A stretch of DNA of 34,120 nt from Octopus bimaculoides (lineage: Eukaryota). The stretch lies in NCBI RefSeq assembly GCF_001194135.2, contig NC_068991.1, positions 60,183,811 to 60,217,930 on the forward strand. The letters run 5' to 3'. The position numbers and the translations under genes were made by a program. This document shows positions 1 through 10,067 of the stretch, piece after piece. Positions within the stretch are counted from its first letter, which is position 1, and every line of letters starts with the position of its first letter. The notes beneath the pieces were generated by a model. That model was given only the letters and a program-made list of their open reading frames with translations, was not told where the DNA came from and searched no databases.

Positions 1-1
1 C

Positions 2-30
2 AATAATAATAATAATAATAATAATAATAA
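2..30. repeat. (AAT)n microsatellite
   Basis: Perfect AAT array at the window start. Confidence 0.95.
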
Positions 31-393
31 ACTTTCAAAATACAAAGACTTGGAAATCGAGGTAACTCGAATGTGGAATCTAAAAACAGAAACAATTCCT
101 ATCATAATAGGTATAATAAAAAAAATATTCAGACAAATACAAAACAAAAACACCATGACTTACAAATATATATAGCATACAGAAAATTGCACTACTGGGC
201 ACTGCACACATCCTACGCAAAACACTTTCAATACAGTAACCATAAAAGCATCACAGCAAACCACAGCACATAACCAAGGCACACAGAGCTGCGCTCGGTA
301 GTGAAGTGAAAGCACGTTATAAAAATAAAACTACTGAACAATAATAATAATAATAATGATAATAATAATAATAATAATAACAATAATAATAAT
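31..393 (+). mobile_element. 3' end of an R4/Dong-like RLE non-LTR retrotransposon (5'-truncated) with (AAT)n tail
   Basis: Translates LSKYKDLEIEVTRMWNLKTETIPIIIG, then IQKIALLGTAHILRKTLSIQ* (RLE C-terminus: K..KY..L, PIIIG, ALLGTAHILR). A short 3' UTR and (AAT)n at ~340-393 follow. Confidence 0.85.
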
Positions 394-399
394 ATCTGA

Positions 400-840
400 T
401 CAAATGTATAGTCTCAGGAGAAATAATACAAAACTGAAGCAGAGTGGTTAAAGACATTCAAAGAGGAGAATATCAGCAGGTGGATTTGAGAATAACTGAG
501 GAGATTATTAGAGATCAGTGCAAGAAAAGGGAATACGGTTGGAAACTTCCGACCGATATCTTGTTTGCCACTGATGTGGAAACTGATGACGGGCATCATA
601 TCAAGCAACATCTATAAGTACCTAGGTGAGAACGATCTGCTACCAGTGGAACAAAAAGGTTGTAGACGTAAGAGCAGAGAAACGGAGCATCAATTACTAA
701 TCGATAAGACTATCCTGGCTGATTGCAAGAAGAGGCACAAAAGTTTGGCGATGGCATGGGTGTGGGACCATGTCATATGCATACAGGAAAGCATATGACA
801 TGGTCCCTCACTCGTGGATTATTGAATGCCGTGAACTGCT
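400..840 (+). mobile_element. R4/Dong-like reverse transcriptase fragment (degenerate)
   Basis: [12 protein letters not shown]...[14 protein letters not shown]...[23 protein letters not shown]...[16 protein letters not shown], typical RT motifs of RLE LINEs; frameshifted. Confidence 0.85.
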
Positions 841-1021
841 TAAGGCATGAACGTTATGAACATGAAGCATGAACGTTTGGAACAAACTTATGAAAACGCT
901 TTGGACAAGCAAAGTGTTAAGGAGTAGTTCAGAGGATAATTATTAATTGTGCATACCACCTTTTTTCTTTAAAAAAAAAACTACTTTTAATTCACACAAT
1001 AAACAATAACAAGGTACTTAC

Positions 1022-1163
1022 CCTGAATCGGTTCGTGCTGTAGTTGTGGATCTTCACAATAAACACAATACTACTTCAGTAAAAATGACAATACTGTAAA
1101 GCCGAATCAACAATATTCATCATACAGAAATAAGTGAAGACTCTCTCCTACTATGTTTTTATA
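1022..1163 (-). promoter_or_regulatory. Putative TATA box, short first exon with 15-codon ORF, and 5' splice donor (copy 1)
   Basis: Minus strand: TATAAAA 1163-1157, Inr-like TCACTT with A at 1135, ORF 1123-1076 (MMNIVDSALQYCHFY*), CAGG|GTAAGT with GT at 1021-1020. Confidence 0.5.
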
Positions 1164-1177
1164 GGCACACGCACACG

Positions 1178-1290
1178 TTTGTGCGTGTATGTGTGTGTAT
1201 GTGTGTGTATGTGCGTGTCTGTGTCTGTGTGTCTGTGTGTCTGTGTCTTTGTGTACATACATCTATGCACATGTACATGCATACACATGC
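1178..1290. repeat. Imperfect (TG)n/(TGTC)n microsatellite
   Basis: Direct inspection. Confidence 0.9.
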
Positions 1291-1493
1291 GATTCACCAA
1301 TGAAACTTCTTTCGATTATCTATAACATCCGTGAAATGTAAATGTTACATTCCTGTGAAGAGCATCCTGTTATGCTAATGAGCAGTGAAGACTGTATGAA
1401 AATACAACAACTTAACAACTTAAAGATGACCATCTAATGGGCTACACTCTACGAGGTTACTAATTTGCTAGAAATTAAAACTAAATTGGAATC

Positions 1494-1665
1494 ATGCTAA
1501 GCAGCGTTTTGTCCAACTTTACGCTTTTAGCTCAAATTCCGCCGAAATCGACTTTGCAGTTCACCCTGCCGGGTCGATAAAATATGTACCAGTTGAGCAC
1601 TAAGGTCGATGTAATCGTCTTACCCTCTCTCCTGATCTTGTTGGCCTTTTGCCAACATTTGAAAC
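1494..1665 (+). mobile_element. tRNA-derived SINE, 5'-truncated and diverged
   Basis: Similar to the SINE copies at 9861-10067 and, inverted, at 23605-23808 and 30345-30553 (tcaaattccgccga..gtcgataa..gtaccagtt..cact..ggtcgatgtaatcg). Confidence 0.8.
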
Positions 1666-1899
1666 GAATGTTAAACAATGAATTCTATACTGAACAATGT
1701 AGACTACGATGTACAAACATCGGAATGGTTACGGCTGGAAACTCATATTCACGTGTCTATTCAATCACATTCGTGTTGATACACGACAATACAAAAAAAA
1801 ATCAAAGAGGAAGAAATAAAACTGAACAACTACAACGATTTGAACTGAGAAATACGAAGATTGTGGTCAATGAGGAGAGAAGATGTGATATCAATAGTT

Positions 1900-2245
1900 A
1901 TACAACTCGGTATAGACCACAGCAAGAAGGTTGAAGAATTTGTTTAACAAGATCGTTGCGAACAATAACACGAGTCTATGAAGTAATATCAGGAGACACA
2001 CAAGACTTGATAGACTGTGCTCTAGTAACCAAAGGAGGTAATTCTATCATGTAATTTCGTAAATGATGTATGTAATCAGCCGGATCGGAAATTTTATCAG
2101 GAGTCTCAGGTGCGGTTTTCTCAGGAAAAGTGGGGATCCGTAGAGAAGTAATGCTTCCAACCATCTGTCTGAATGAGAGTGAGCACATGAAGCAGATTTT
2201 AGCTGACGACGAAATCTTTCTATCATTGCATTAGCTATGAGATGG
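1900..2245 (-). mobile_element. Ty3/Gypsy integrase C-terminal fragment (degenerate)
   Basis: HHLIANAMIERFRRQLKSA...WLEALLL resembles YHPQANGMVERFHRQLK (catalytic E region); DPADYIHHLRNYM...; RVIVRNDLVKQILQPSCCGLYRV resembles the GPY/F region. Confidence 0.65.
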
Positions 2246-2292
2246 TGAACCCTCATTCGATGTGAACCCTCATTCGATGTGAACCCTCATTC
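2245..2292. repeat. 17-bp tandem repeat (gtgaaccctcattcgat, 2 full copies plus 14 nt)
   Basis: Direct inspection. Confidence 0.9.
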
Positions 2293-2554
2293 AGACATAT
2301 GGTTGGGAGTATTATCGGTTGTTCTCTTAGGTTAAGGAATAGCGAGGCTTTTCTTCAGCGGAACTTCTCTACGCATCCCCACATTGCTTACCTAGCAAAT
2401 GATCGCACCTGCAACCCCTGAACAAATTTCCAATCAGGTCGAGATCACCAATTTTTAGCAAGACTGCATTTTTTTAGTAATAAAGGTATGTAATGTTGTC
2501 GTAAGAATTGCAGGTTAAGTCCTGATATATTATGTCCTCTCTTAATTGACATTC

Positions 2555-2735
2555 AAATAGATATTACATAACAACTGCAATAATTTTCTCATTCTCCTTG
2601 TGTACTCCCTACTGGCAATTTGCTTCATTTTTTCATGCCTTATTTTGTCTGTTTCTAGTATTCCCAAGTACTTATACCACTGTTCTTTCTCAATCGCTCT
2701 CATTGTTTGCCCATTTGGCATTTCAGTTCTCTGGT
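2555..2735 (-). mobile_element. R4/Dong-like RT C-terminal fragment
   Basis: Minus translation EMPNGQTMRAIEKEQWYKYLGILETDKIRHEKMKQIASREYTRRMRKLL (YKYLG motif). Confidence 0.75.
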
Positions 2736-2739
2736 GGTC

Positions 2740-3685
2740 AGGAAGATGTGAAAGGTGCGCTGAAAGAGATAATGTTCACATTCAGCATATCTCGAGTGCA
2801 AAACAGTTTGCGAGCATTTCAGTGCTCTTCAAGTCTGAAGCTCTGGTCACCAAACACTATGGTTTCCCGTGGGAGCGAAAAATATGTGCTCCACCCATCG
2901 CATTTAGGAAGCAGGACGGTGCAAATAAAGATATCAGGAATTTCACCGTAGGTAAATTTACGGTTGATTTTAGTGTGAATCGTTTTGGAAGGGGGTAATA
3001 ATCCCCTGGAGGTGAATCAGACCGGTCATGAAAATTGGTCTGAGACCAGTGTGGAGGTACTACACCCCGTTAAACTAGACACGGTCCATAAGCTACCTGA
3101 CCTCAGTTGCCTTCCAGGAGGGTAAGAGCTACATGTTACGGTTGAGGGTAGAAAGCCATGGTGCTACTTGTATGGGATAACAGGCTACTTGAGAGCTTTC
3201 TGTTCTCAAGAGAACACAGGGAACAATAGAACCCCACTACTGTCCAGAAGCCTCAACAAATAAACCAGCAACGATCAACAAGAAAAGTGGTACCATCCTC
3301 GGCAACTACAGCGTCAACAATAGGAACAGCAAAATAAGCAAATGCTGGAAGATCACCAGCATCAACACCAGCAACACCAGCAACACCGGCAGCACTAGCA
3401 ACACCAACAACATCAGCAGCATATGCACCACCACCACCACCACCTTCAGCAGTAAAAGAATAATAATAACGGACGCTCACAATACCCAGGGAATCTCCCG
3501 CTCCCTCCTTCTCCCCGTCTCTTCCAAACTCAAATACGATCGTAGACTCGTACCCCGACACCACAGACACAAATTCATCTGCAACACGCAGCGAAAATAG
3601 GAACACACCAAAATGCAAAAGCAAAAACAATAAATAAATAGATAAACAAATAATAAAGCGTAATAAAACATCAATCCCCACACAA

Positions 3686-3723
<38 letters not shown>

Positions 3724-3967
3724 CAAAAACAAAAGAACAACCACAACAGTCACAAACACACCTACAGCATTACCAACCTCTCCAGCATCGCACTCGTCAA
3801 CACATCTACTGCTATCACAACCAGCTCCACCAACACTACCACAACTTCAATAATCCACGAAAAGAAAACACCCCTAACAGCAACAACTAGCTACACGATC
3901 ACAAAACTTCGTGCTAGTGAGGAGAGCCAACTAAGAATTGATGGTCGTCGAAAGCACGAAAGAAAGA

Positions 3968-3998
<31 letters not shown>

Positions 3999-6900
3999 GG
4001 GGTGGGGTGACTGCGGCATCAACACCGTTCAAGTGCCAGAAAAAACTATGATGGTGAGAATGTCTCTAGAAACATAAAAACATCAAGGAGAGCTTCTCTC
4101 ACGATTTGGAGACCCCTAAAGTGAAATCCACGTGTAGTCTTTTAAGGGAGTTCTCAAAAGAACTTCAACAAGTTAGGGAAGTAGAACTACTAGACCTCCA
4201 GCGGCATCCGGTGGGTAAGTAGAGGTTTTTGTTTCTTCTCTAAACTCTGTGTAGTCATCATGGTGGCTTTCGGAGCCTGGAAACAAGGTCACCTGCTCAA
4301 CGACCTCAGGTCACTAGCTATAGATATGACGTCCGTCAGCAAAACCAGAATTTCCGACACATGATCTAAACCCCATTTTAATGATTTTAATATCTACGCA
4401 CCTCTTACTAGGCATGGAATGGGAGGTGGTGTGGCAGTGTTGTTTAAGAAAGGCCTGGATCTCGGGATACGGACGATCTACACAGATTCGGAAGGTAAGT
4501 TGGTGGTCCTATATTGAGCAACAGTGAGGGTGGTGCTTTTAGACTAGTTGCTGTTTACGCACCGACTGGGGCGGGACAGCAAGATCTCTTCAGACGTTTA
4601 GAGGTTTTCTTTGGGACGTCTCGCTCTTTAGTTCTAATAGGTGATTGGAAAGTCATCGTGGATGCACGCCTGGATAGGGAGGAGAGAGGGGTGTAAAAGC
4701 CTCACAAACTTGCTCAGTCGCTTCCAATTGGTTGACAGGTACCGACTGGATTTTTCGAATGCGCTAATGTGGATTTGGGCAAACAGCATCAGGTCTTCCG
4801 CATCGTATCTAGATAGAGTTTTTATAGATAGAGGCAGCATAAGTTGCTCACAATTCAAAGTCGTCGTTTACACAGACCACAAATTTGTGATCTCTACCGT
4901 CGACCTATATAGGATCCATAAGCAAGGCCCCGGATACTGGAAGCTGAATACGTTTTTGCCTGTGCGTCAAGCATTCAGAAACCGGGTTAGCACATTAGTG
5001 CATCGGGAGTTGTTGGGTGCAGTCATCAACAACCGATGGTGGATATCCCTGAAAAGGGCTATGGGTGTGGAGGTGGTAGAGTTTAGTAAAGAAATAGGGT
5101 TAAAGGAATCTAGGATAGAGGGAGAGATAGTTAGGAAGCTAGAAAAGGCTCTTAATTCTTCTATGCCAAGCACGAAGTTTCGATCGAGTGGCAGAGGTGT
5201 AACGTGACAACGAATCTACAATTCGGTCTTTGGGTGATCGGGACAGGCACACGCTAAACGAATTCAAGCAGATATGTGTAAAATTTCGGCGGTACTTTGC
5301 CGAACTGTACGGAGCGTACGGTGAATCGGAGATGGGGGTGGATTTTACCTCTTGCCTCGGCGTTATGCCTTGCCCTTTGGCCAGGGATGTGGTGTTCTGC
5401 GAAATGCCGATAACAACCGAAGACATACAGGACACGATGACGAGCTGCACAAAGAGAAGTCTACAAGGCTAGATGGTGTGCCTCTCCAGTTGTATCTTCA
5501 TATACCAGGCTTGTTCAGTAATCTCTTGGTGGAACTCTAATGCAACTAGTAGCAGAATGGAAGAACACCCAGTACTGTGAGTCCTAGCGTGGTGCTGCTA
5601 GTGAGAAAGGATCCGAATAAGGGGGACCAACTTGAAAATTTTAGTTCCAATAACTCGATTAAACGCAGATTATAAGATTTTAGCAAAGTTGCTAGTCAAG
5701 AGGTTGGCATTTATCTTCGAAAGGCTGGCGAATATCTTCGAAAGGAGGTGCACAGACATGCACTATCCCGACCAGATCTATGCACGATAGCTTCCAACTC
5801 ACGTGCTATCAAAAGGTTTTTGATAGGGCCTACCATTAATATTTGGAGGTAGACCTGTTTTCAAAGGATGGATCGCTGCAATGTACAGTGACAGCTGTTT
5901 GGTGGTCAAATTAATGACCACCTGTCGGAATTTTTTAGCATTGTATGTTCGATTTGTCAAGGATCCACACTCTCACCCCTTTTATACGCACTGTCTCTTG
6001 AGCCATTACTACGGAAGTCGGATGTTTCGATAGACTAAGATATTAAAGTTTTGTGTCGGTTTATGCAGACGACGTTAACGTAATGATATCTCGGACATCG
6101 ATGTGATCGGCACTAAACTAAGAGAGTACGAAACGGTGACAGGATCAAAGATTAACCAGAAGACGATGGGCTTGCAGCTCGACACCTGGAAAGGCAGATC
6201 CATATAGTTCGAAAGCGTCGTAGAGTGTAGGATGGAAGGACTGATTAGATCGCATGAGGCATGGTTTGGGCCGGACTTCTGGGTGGACAAGAACTGTGGG
6301 GAGGTGATGAGCAGGGTGGCCAGTCTCACTCAGACATTAGCAGTGAGGAAGTTGTCCATGAAAGGTTGGACATAGGTGCCGAACGCATAAATCGCTTCCG
6401 TCATTTACTATTGTCTGAGGAGCGTTCCATGGCCTACTTCGTGGCCGATCAATCTGGAGTGCTTGCTCTTCTATTTTCTGTGGAAGGGACGTGTATCGCT
6501 CGTCAGACGCTCCATCTGCTGTCAGCAGCCACTGAGTGGAGTACTAGGCATGCTGTGGCTAATGATGTGCAGATATGCACTGAGGCTGCAGCATCTCCAG
6601 CGTTTCCTTAACAGTGACCAAGTGTTCTCGCTGTTTGCCAGACTTGATTGTCCGCAGCTCGTCTCATTGATAGAGCTACAGACCTGCATGAAGTGCAGAT
6701 CGAGAAAGGGTACTTAACACCTGGTGTGTCGGCAAGCTTTCACAGTTCTCTGCCAGTTGGGCAATGAAGTCGGTATTGGAGTCCTATAGAGTTTAAAGGC
6801 AAGCAAGTGGTACGATGTCCTCGGGGTAACTTTTGGTGTTGGGAGAGATCAATTAGCTGGTCTTTTCCAGAGGATTTTCGGTCCTGGAAATCCTTGGCTT

Positions 6901-7285
6901 GGTAGTGCTACCGCGAATTTTGCCGTTTCGAGAGAAACTCTACAGGTACAGAAGTGCTGTCTGGAGGACTTGTCCAAGATAAGCAGAATTTGACGGAACT
7001 TTTCTGCATGCACTCGACTAGTGTCTGGACATTGTTGACTTGTGATGCTTTGACTAATAGCTGTTATCGCACGTAGGACGGATCCGGTTATTGACTGAGT
7101 CCACCGCCTTCTTTTAACCGGCAACAAAAGGCAGTTTTCCTCAGCTTGGTAGCTATAGCGGAAGAGATAGTGTGTGGTAAACGAGATTGAAAGGGCTGAA
7201 GAGAGATACTTTCCTCTTCGGTCAAGTCTTTCCTGACTTTTTCAAGTTCCACTTGAAAAGAAAGTAAAGGTGGCGTGGGAAAGTA
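2740..7285 (+). mobile_element. Tx1/L1-clade LINE, near full length, degenerate (ORF1 plus APE-RT ORF2)
   Basis: ORF1 remnant with decayed zinc knuckle VTVEGRKPWC-YL-Y-GITG-Y-LRAFC (3135-3203). APE: AWKQGHLLNDLRSL, GGGVAVLFKKG, RLVAVYAP, LIGDW, SYLDRVF, TDHK. GPGYWKLN at 4926. RT: CQGSTLSPLLY (~5955), YADD (6062). Many stops and frameshifts. Confidence 0.9.
3688..3721. repeat. (CA)n microsatellite within CAA/CAC low-complexity DNA
   Basis: Direct inspection; (GA)n also at ~3973-3998. Confidence 0.9.
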
Positions 7286-7289
7286 CTGC

Positions 7290-8820
7290 TACTAGTTGCG
7301 CACTACTACACCACCACCCGCTCCCGATAGACCACAAGATGAGGATACCTCATAGTCCTCGAAAATGAATGCTAGAGCGTGTTTTCCGGAGATCCTTGCT
7401 TCACTAATGGCAGCCACGTCCAAATCAAGTGACCTGAGATCATTGAGCAAGTGAACTTGCTTCCAAGCTAATCCCAGACCACTCACGTTCACACACCCCA
7501 TTCTCAGCACAGCCATGCTAGTCGGAGAAAGAAAATGAGGTTATTCACCTTGATTCTCGAGAAGACCGGAAGTTCCGGGCTTCTCTACTGGTGGAAAGTT
7601 TTTAAAAGGCCTTTCCAACAGTCTTTTATCAATAGATTTTTTTAATCCCCCACACTTCCAGGGAATTTTTTTTATCATAGTTCTATAAACGTCTGAGGAT
7701 GTTTTAATTAAGTCTGTCCTTGGGTGTTTTGAGGAGGAAATTCTCAAATTCTTTTCGCTCTGTCTCTATACTATTTTGATTTTGATTAACAAAATCCATT
7801 AATTCACTGTTACACTTGTTCACAACAGTGAAAGTGATGGATACAATTCCTCCACAGTTTGATGAATATTTTTTAAGTTCTGTAATCGGTTGTTTCTCTG
7901 TTTTTTTTAATTTCATGCTATTGATGATGTTGCTGTTTTCGAACTTGTTGATCTTGTTCTTGCTATTTTTACTGGATTGATTGTGAACTGTGTTGCAGTT
8001 GTGGTTTCAGAATAAGTTTTCGTTGATTTCTTGAAGTTGGGCTATGTACTATCCTCCTCTTTCGCACCCTAATCTTGGCATGACGTTTGCCGCGATTGCT
8101 GGGAATTAAAAAAAAGTTGTCGTTCCTCAAAGAGCTACCCTTTTTCCATCTCTTTTCACAATTTTTCTTGTTAATTGGAATTCTTCTTCGTTTATGTGGT
8201 AACTTTCCATATCTCTCGCCTCTGACACCAAAGACGCAGTGGCGATATTTGCGTTTCTATTTTATTTATTTATGTGTTTCAGCCAAGTGGCTGCGGTCAT
8301 GCTGGTGCACCTTCTTTTGCATTGTTGTTGCTGTTATTAGTGTTGTTGTTGTTGTTGTTGTTGCTGTCACTGCATCTTTTGTTGTTGTTGTTGCTGTCAT
8401 CTGCATTTTTTGTTGCTGCTGTTGTTCTCATTGTCGACACCGAAAGTTTTGACGTCATTAAGTTTAGTCCATTCTAAATTGATATTCTCAATTTTCCCCG
8501 ACAAGAAGCGCGTTTCTTTGTCGAACATTATGATGGCTTCTTTATCAGCCATCTTTAAAAAAATTATAGAAAATTGCAAAGCTGCTTTTGTTAAAATTCA
8601 AAAATTTTGTTAAACTTCAAACATTATTTATGCCCCCCCCCCCTGCAAAACAGGGGTGTTTCTACACAGAAATACTATCTGCGCAATCCAGACAATCTCA
8701 GAAACGGTAACAACAGAAATGAAAAGACCTTAGAAGGCCGAAAAGCTTACAAACACTTTCTCAACTTACGGGGCACCAAATTTCCGTGGCTTCACAGTAT
8801 GGCGGCCATAATAATGGTAA
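7290..8820 (-). mobile_element. 5' part of a second Tx1-like LINE (5' region/ORF1 remnant and start of ORF2 APE)
   Basis: ORF 7516-7292 MAVLRMGCVNVSGLGLAWKQVHLLNDLRSLDLDVAAISEARIS...GAGGGVVV is an APE N-terminus paralogous to ~4262-4440. The upstream K/N/Q-rich broken ORFs are assigned to ORF1 by position only; the right boundary is uncertain. Confidence 0.65.
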
Positions 8821-9177
8821 TAATATATGACCAAAATAAACATGTCCAATTTATTACGTGATAAACAGGACATATTTTCTTGCGTCCATGCATCATACAT
8901 AATACACATTCCCAATTTTTTCAACCATTAGATTATCTCGGGACTAATGAAAGGAAAGCTTTATATTACTCAGGACGTATGAAACAACGACTAGCTAAAA
9001 AAAACAAGCATGGACATTTACGACATACTTGTGTAAACGCTTTGGACAAGCAAAGTGTTAAGGAGTAGTTCAGGAAGTATCTATTAATGGTGCCTATCGC
9101 CTTTCTTTGTCACACACACTAAAACAAAAAAAAAAACAGCCTTGAATACACACAATAAACAAAAACAAGATACTTAC

Positions 9178-9337
9178 CCTAAAAGCATAGGCTCGTGTGG
9201 TAGTTGTGGAGTTCCACAATAAACATAATACTACTTCAATAATAATGACAACAATATAAAGCTAAAGCAAAGATATTCGTCATACAAGGATAAATTTAAA
9301 ATCTCTCTCTCCTTCTCTCTCTGCCTGTATATTTATA
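9178..9337 (-). promoter_or_regulatory. Putative TATA box, short first exon with 15-codon ORF, and 5' splice donor (copy 2)
   Basis: Minus strand: TATAAAT 9337-9331, ORF 9283-9236 (MTNIFALALYCCHYY*), TAGG|GTAAGT with GT at 9177-9176. Confidence 0.5.
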
Positions 9338-9338
9338 T

Positions 9339-9350
9339 ATGTGTGTGTGT

Positions 9351-9428
<78 letters not shown>
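9339..9428. repeat. (GT)n microsatellite
   Basis: Direct inspection. Confidence 0.95.
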
Positions 9429-9429
<1 letters not shown>

Positions 9430-9860
9430 ACTTGAGTTTCAAATCCCTTCAGTCAACAGCTGGTCTTAAAAGTCATATGAGGGCGCATCAACGGAATGCT
9501 TGTGCTGTGTGATGTGTGTTTGGATGGGAAGGTTATCAGCTGTCAAAATGAAACAATCATTTGTGTGTGTTTGTGTGAGTGTGTGTGAGTGTGTGTACAT
9601 TCATCTATGGACAAACACATATACATCTGCAACCCTCCAATTATATATTTTTTTTTGGGGGGGGGGGGGATAATCTACACTTACATTCCTGAAGTTTGTG
9701 CAGAACATCCGGTTATGTATTGAGAGGTACATTACTAACAGAAAAGACAATAACGATGTGATGCTATCCAACTTAACAACTTAAAGATAACAATCTAGTG
9801 TGAAACCCTCTACGCGATTACTAAATTGCTAGAAATTGCAGCCAAATCACCATCAAAATA

Positions 9861-10067
9861 CGCAGCTGGTAGAATTGTTAGTGAGCCGGGGAAAATGCAT
9901 AGCGGTATTTCGTCCATCTTTATGCTCTGAGTTGAAACCCCGTCGCAGTAGACTTTGTCTTTTATCTTTTCGGGATAGATGAAATAAGTACCAGTTATGC
10001 ACTGAGGTCAATGTCATCGACTTACCCGCTCACCCAAATTTGCTGGCCTTGAGTTAAAATTTGAAAC
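9861..10067 (+). mobile_element. tRNA-derived SINE (diverged, near full length)
   Basis: A-box-like AGCTGGTAGAATTGTTAG, B-box-like GAGTTGAAACCC, and a body shared with the other copies in the window. Confidence 0.85.

Larger units (their letters stand above)
865..1795. repeat. Copy 1 of a diverged local duplication (copy 2 at ~9006-10195)
   Basis: Colinear similarity by eye: identical 39-mer 894-932 = 9035-9073, identical 20-mer 1408-1427 = 9769-9788, a (TG)-type microsatellite and a SINE at equivalent positions. Confidence 0.9.

Noticed and set aside
2598-2998. Overlapping 117- and 132-aa plus ORFs with hydrophobic N-termini
   Set aside because: The N-termini are the antisense of an R4-like RT fragment, fused to Tx1 ORF1 remnant sequence.
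3253-3759. 168-aa hydrophobic minus ORF (AGVAGV repeats)
   Set aside because: Antisense of CAA/CAC/CCA low-complexity DNA inside the Tx1-like element; includes a (GT)n translation.
8087-8613. Hydrophobic plus-strand ORFs resembling membrane proteins
   Set aside because: Driven by (GTT)n repeats, antisense to an A-rich LINE ORF1 region.
9861-9950. tRNA-like A and B boxes
   Set aside because: Heads of multi-copy SINEs; no cloverleaf or tRNA 3' end.
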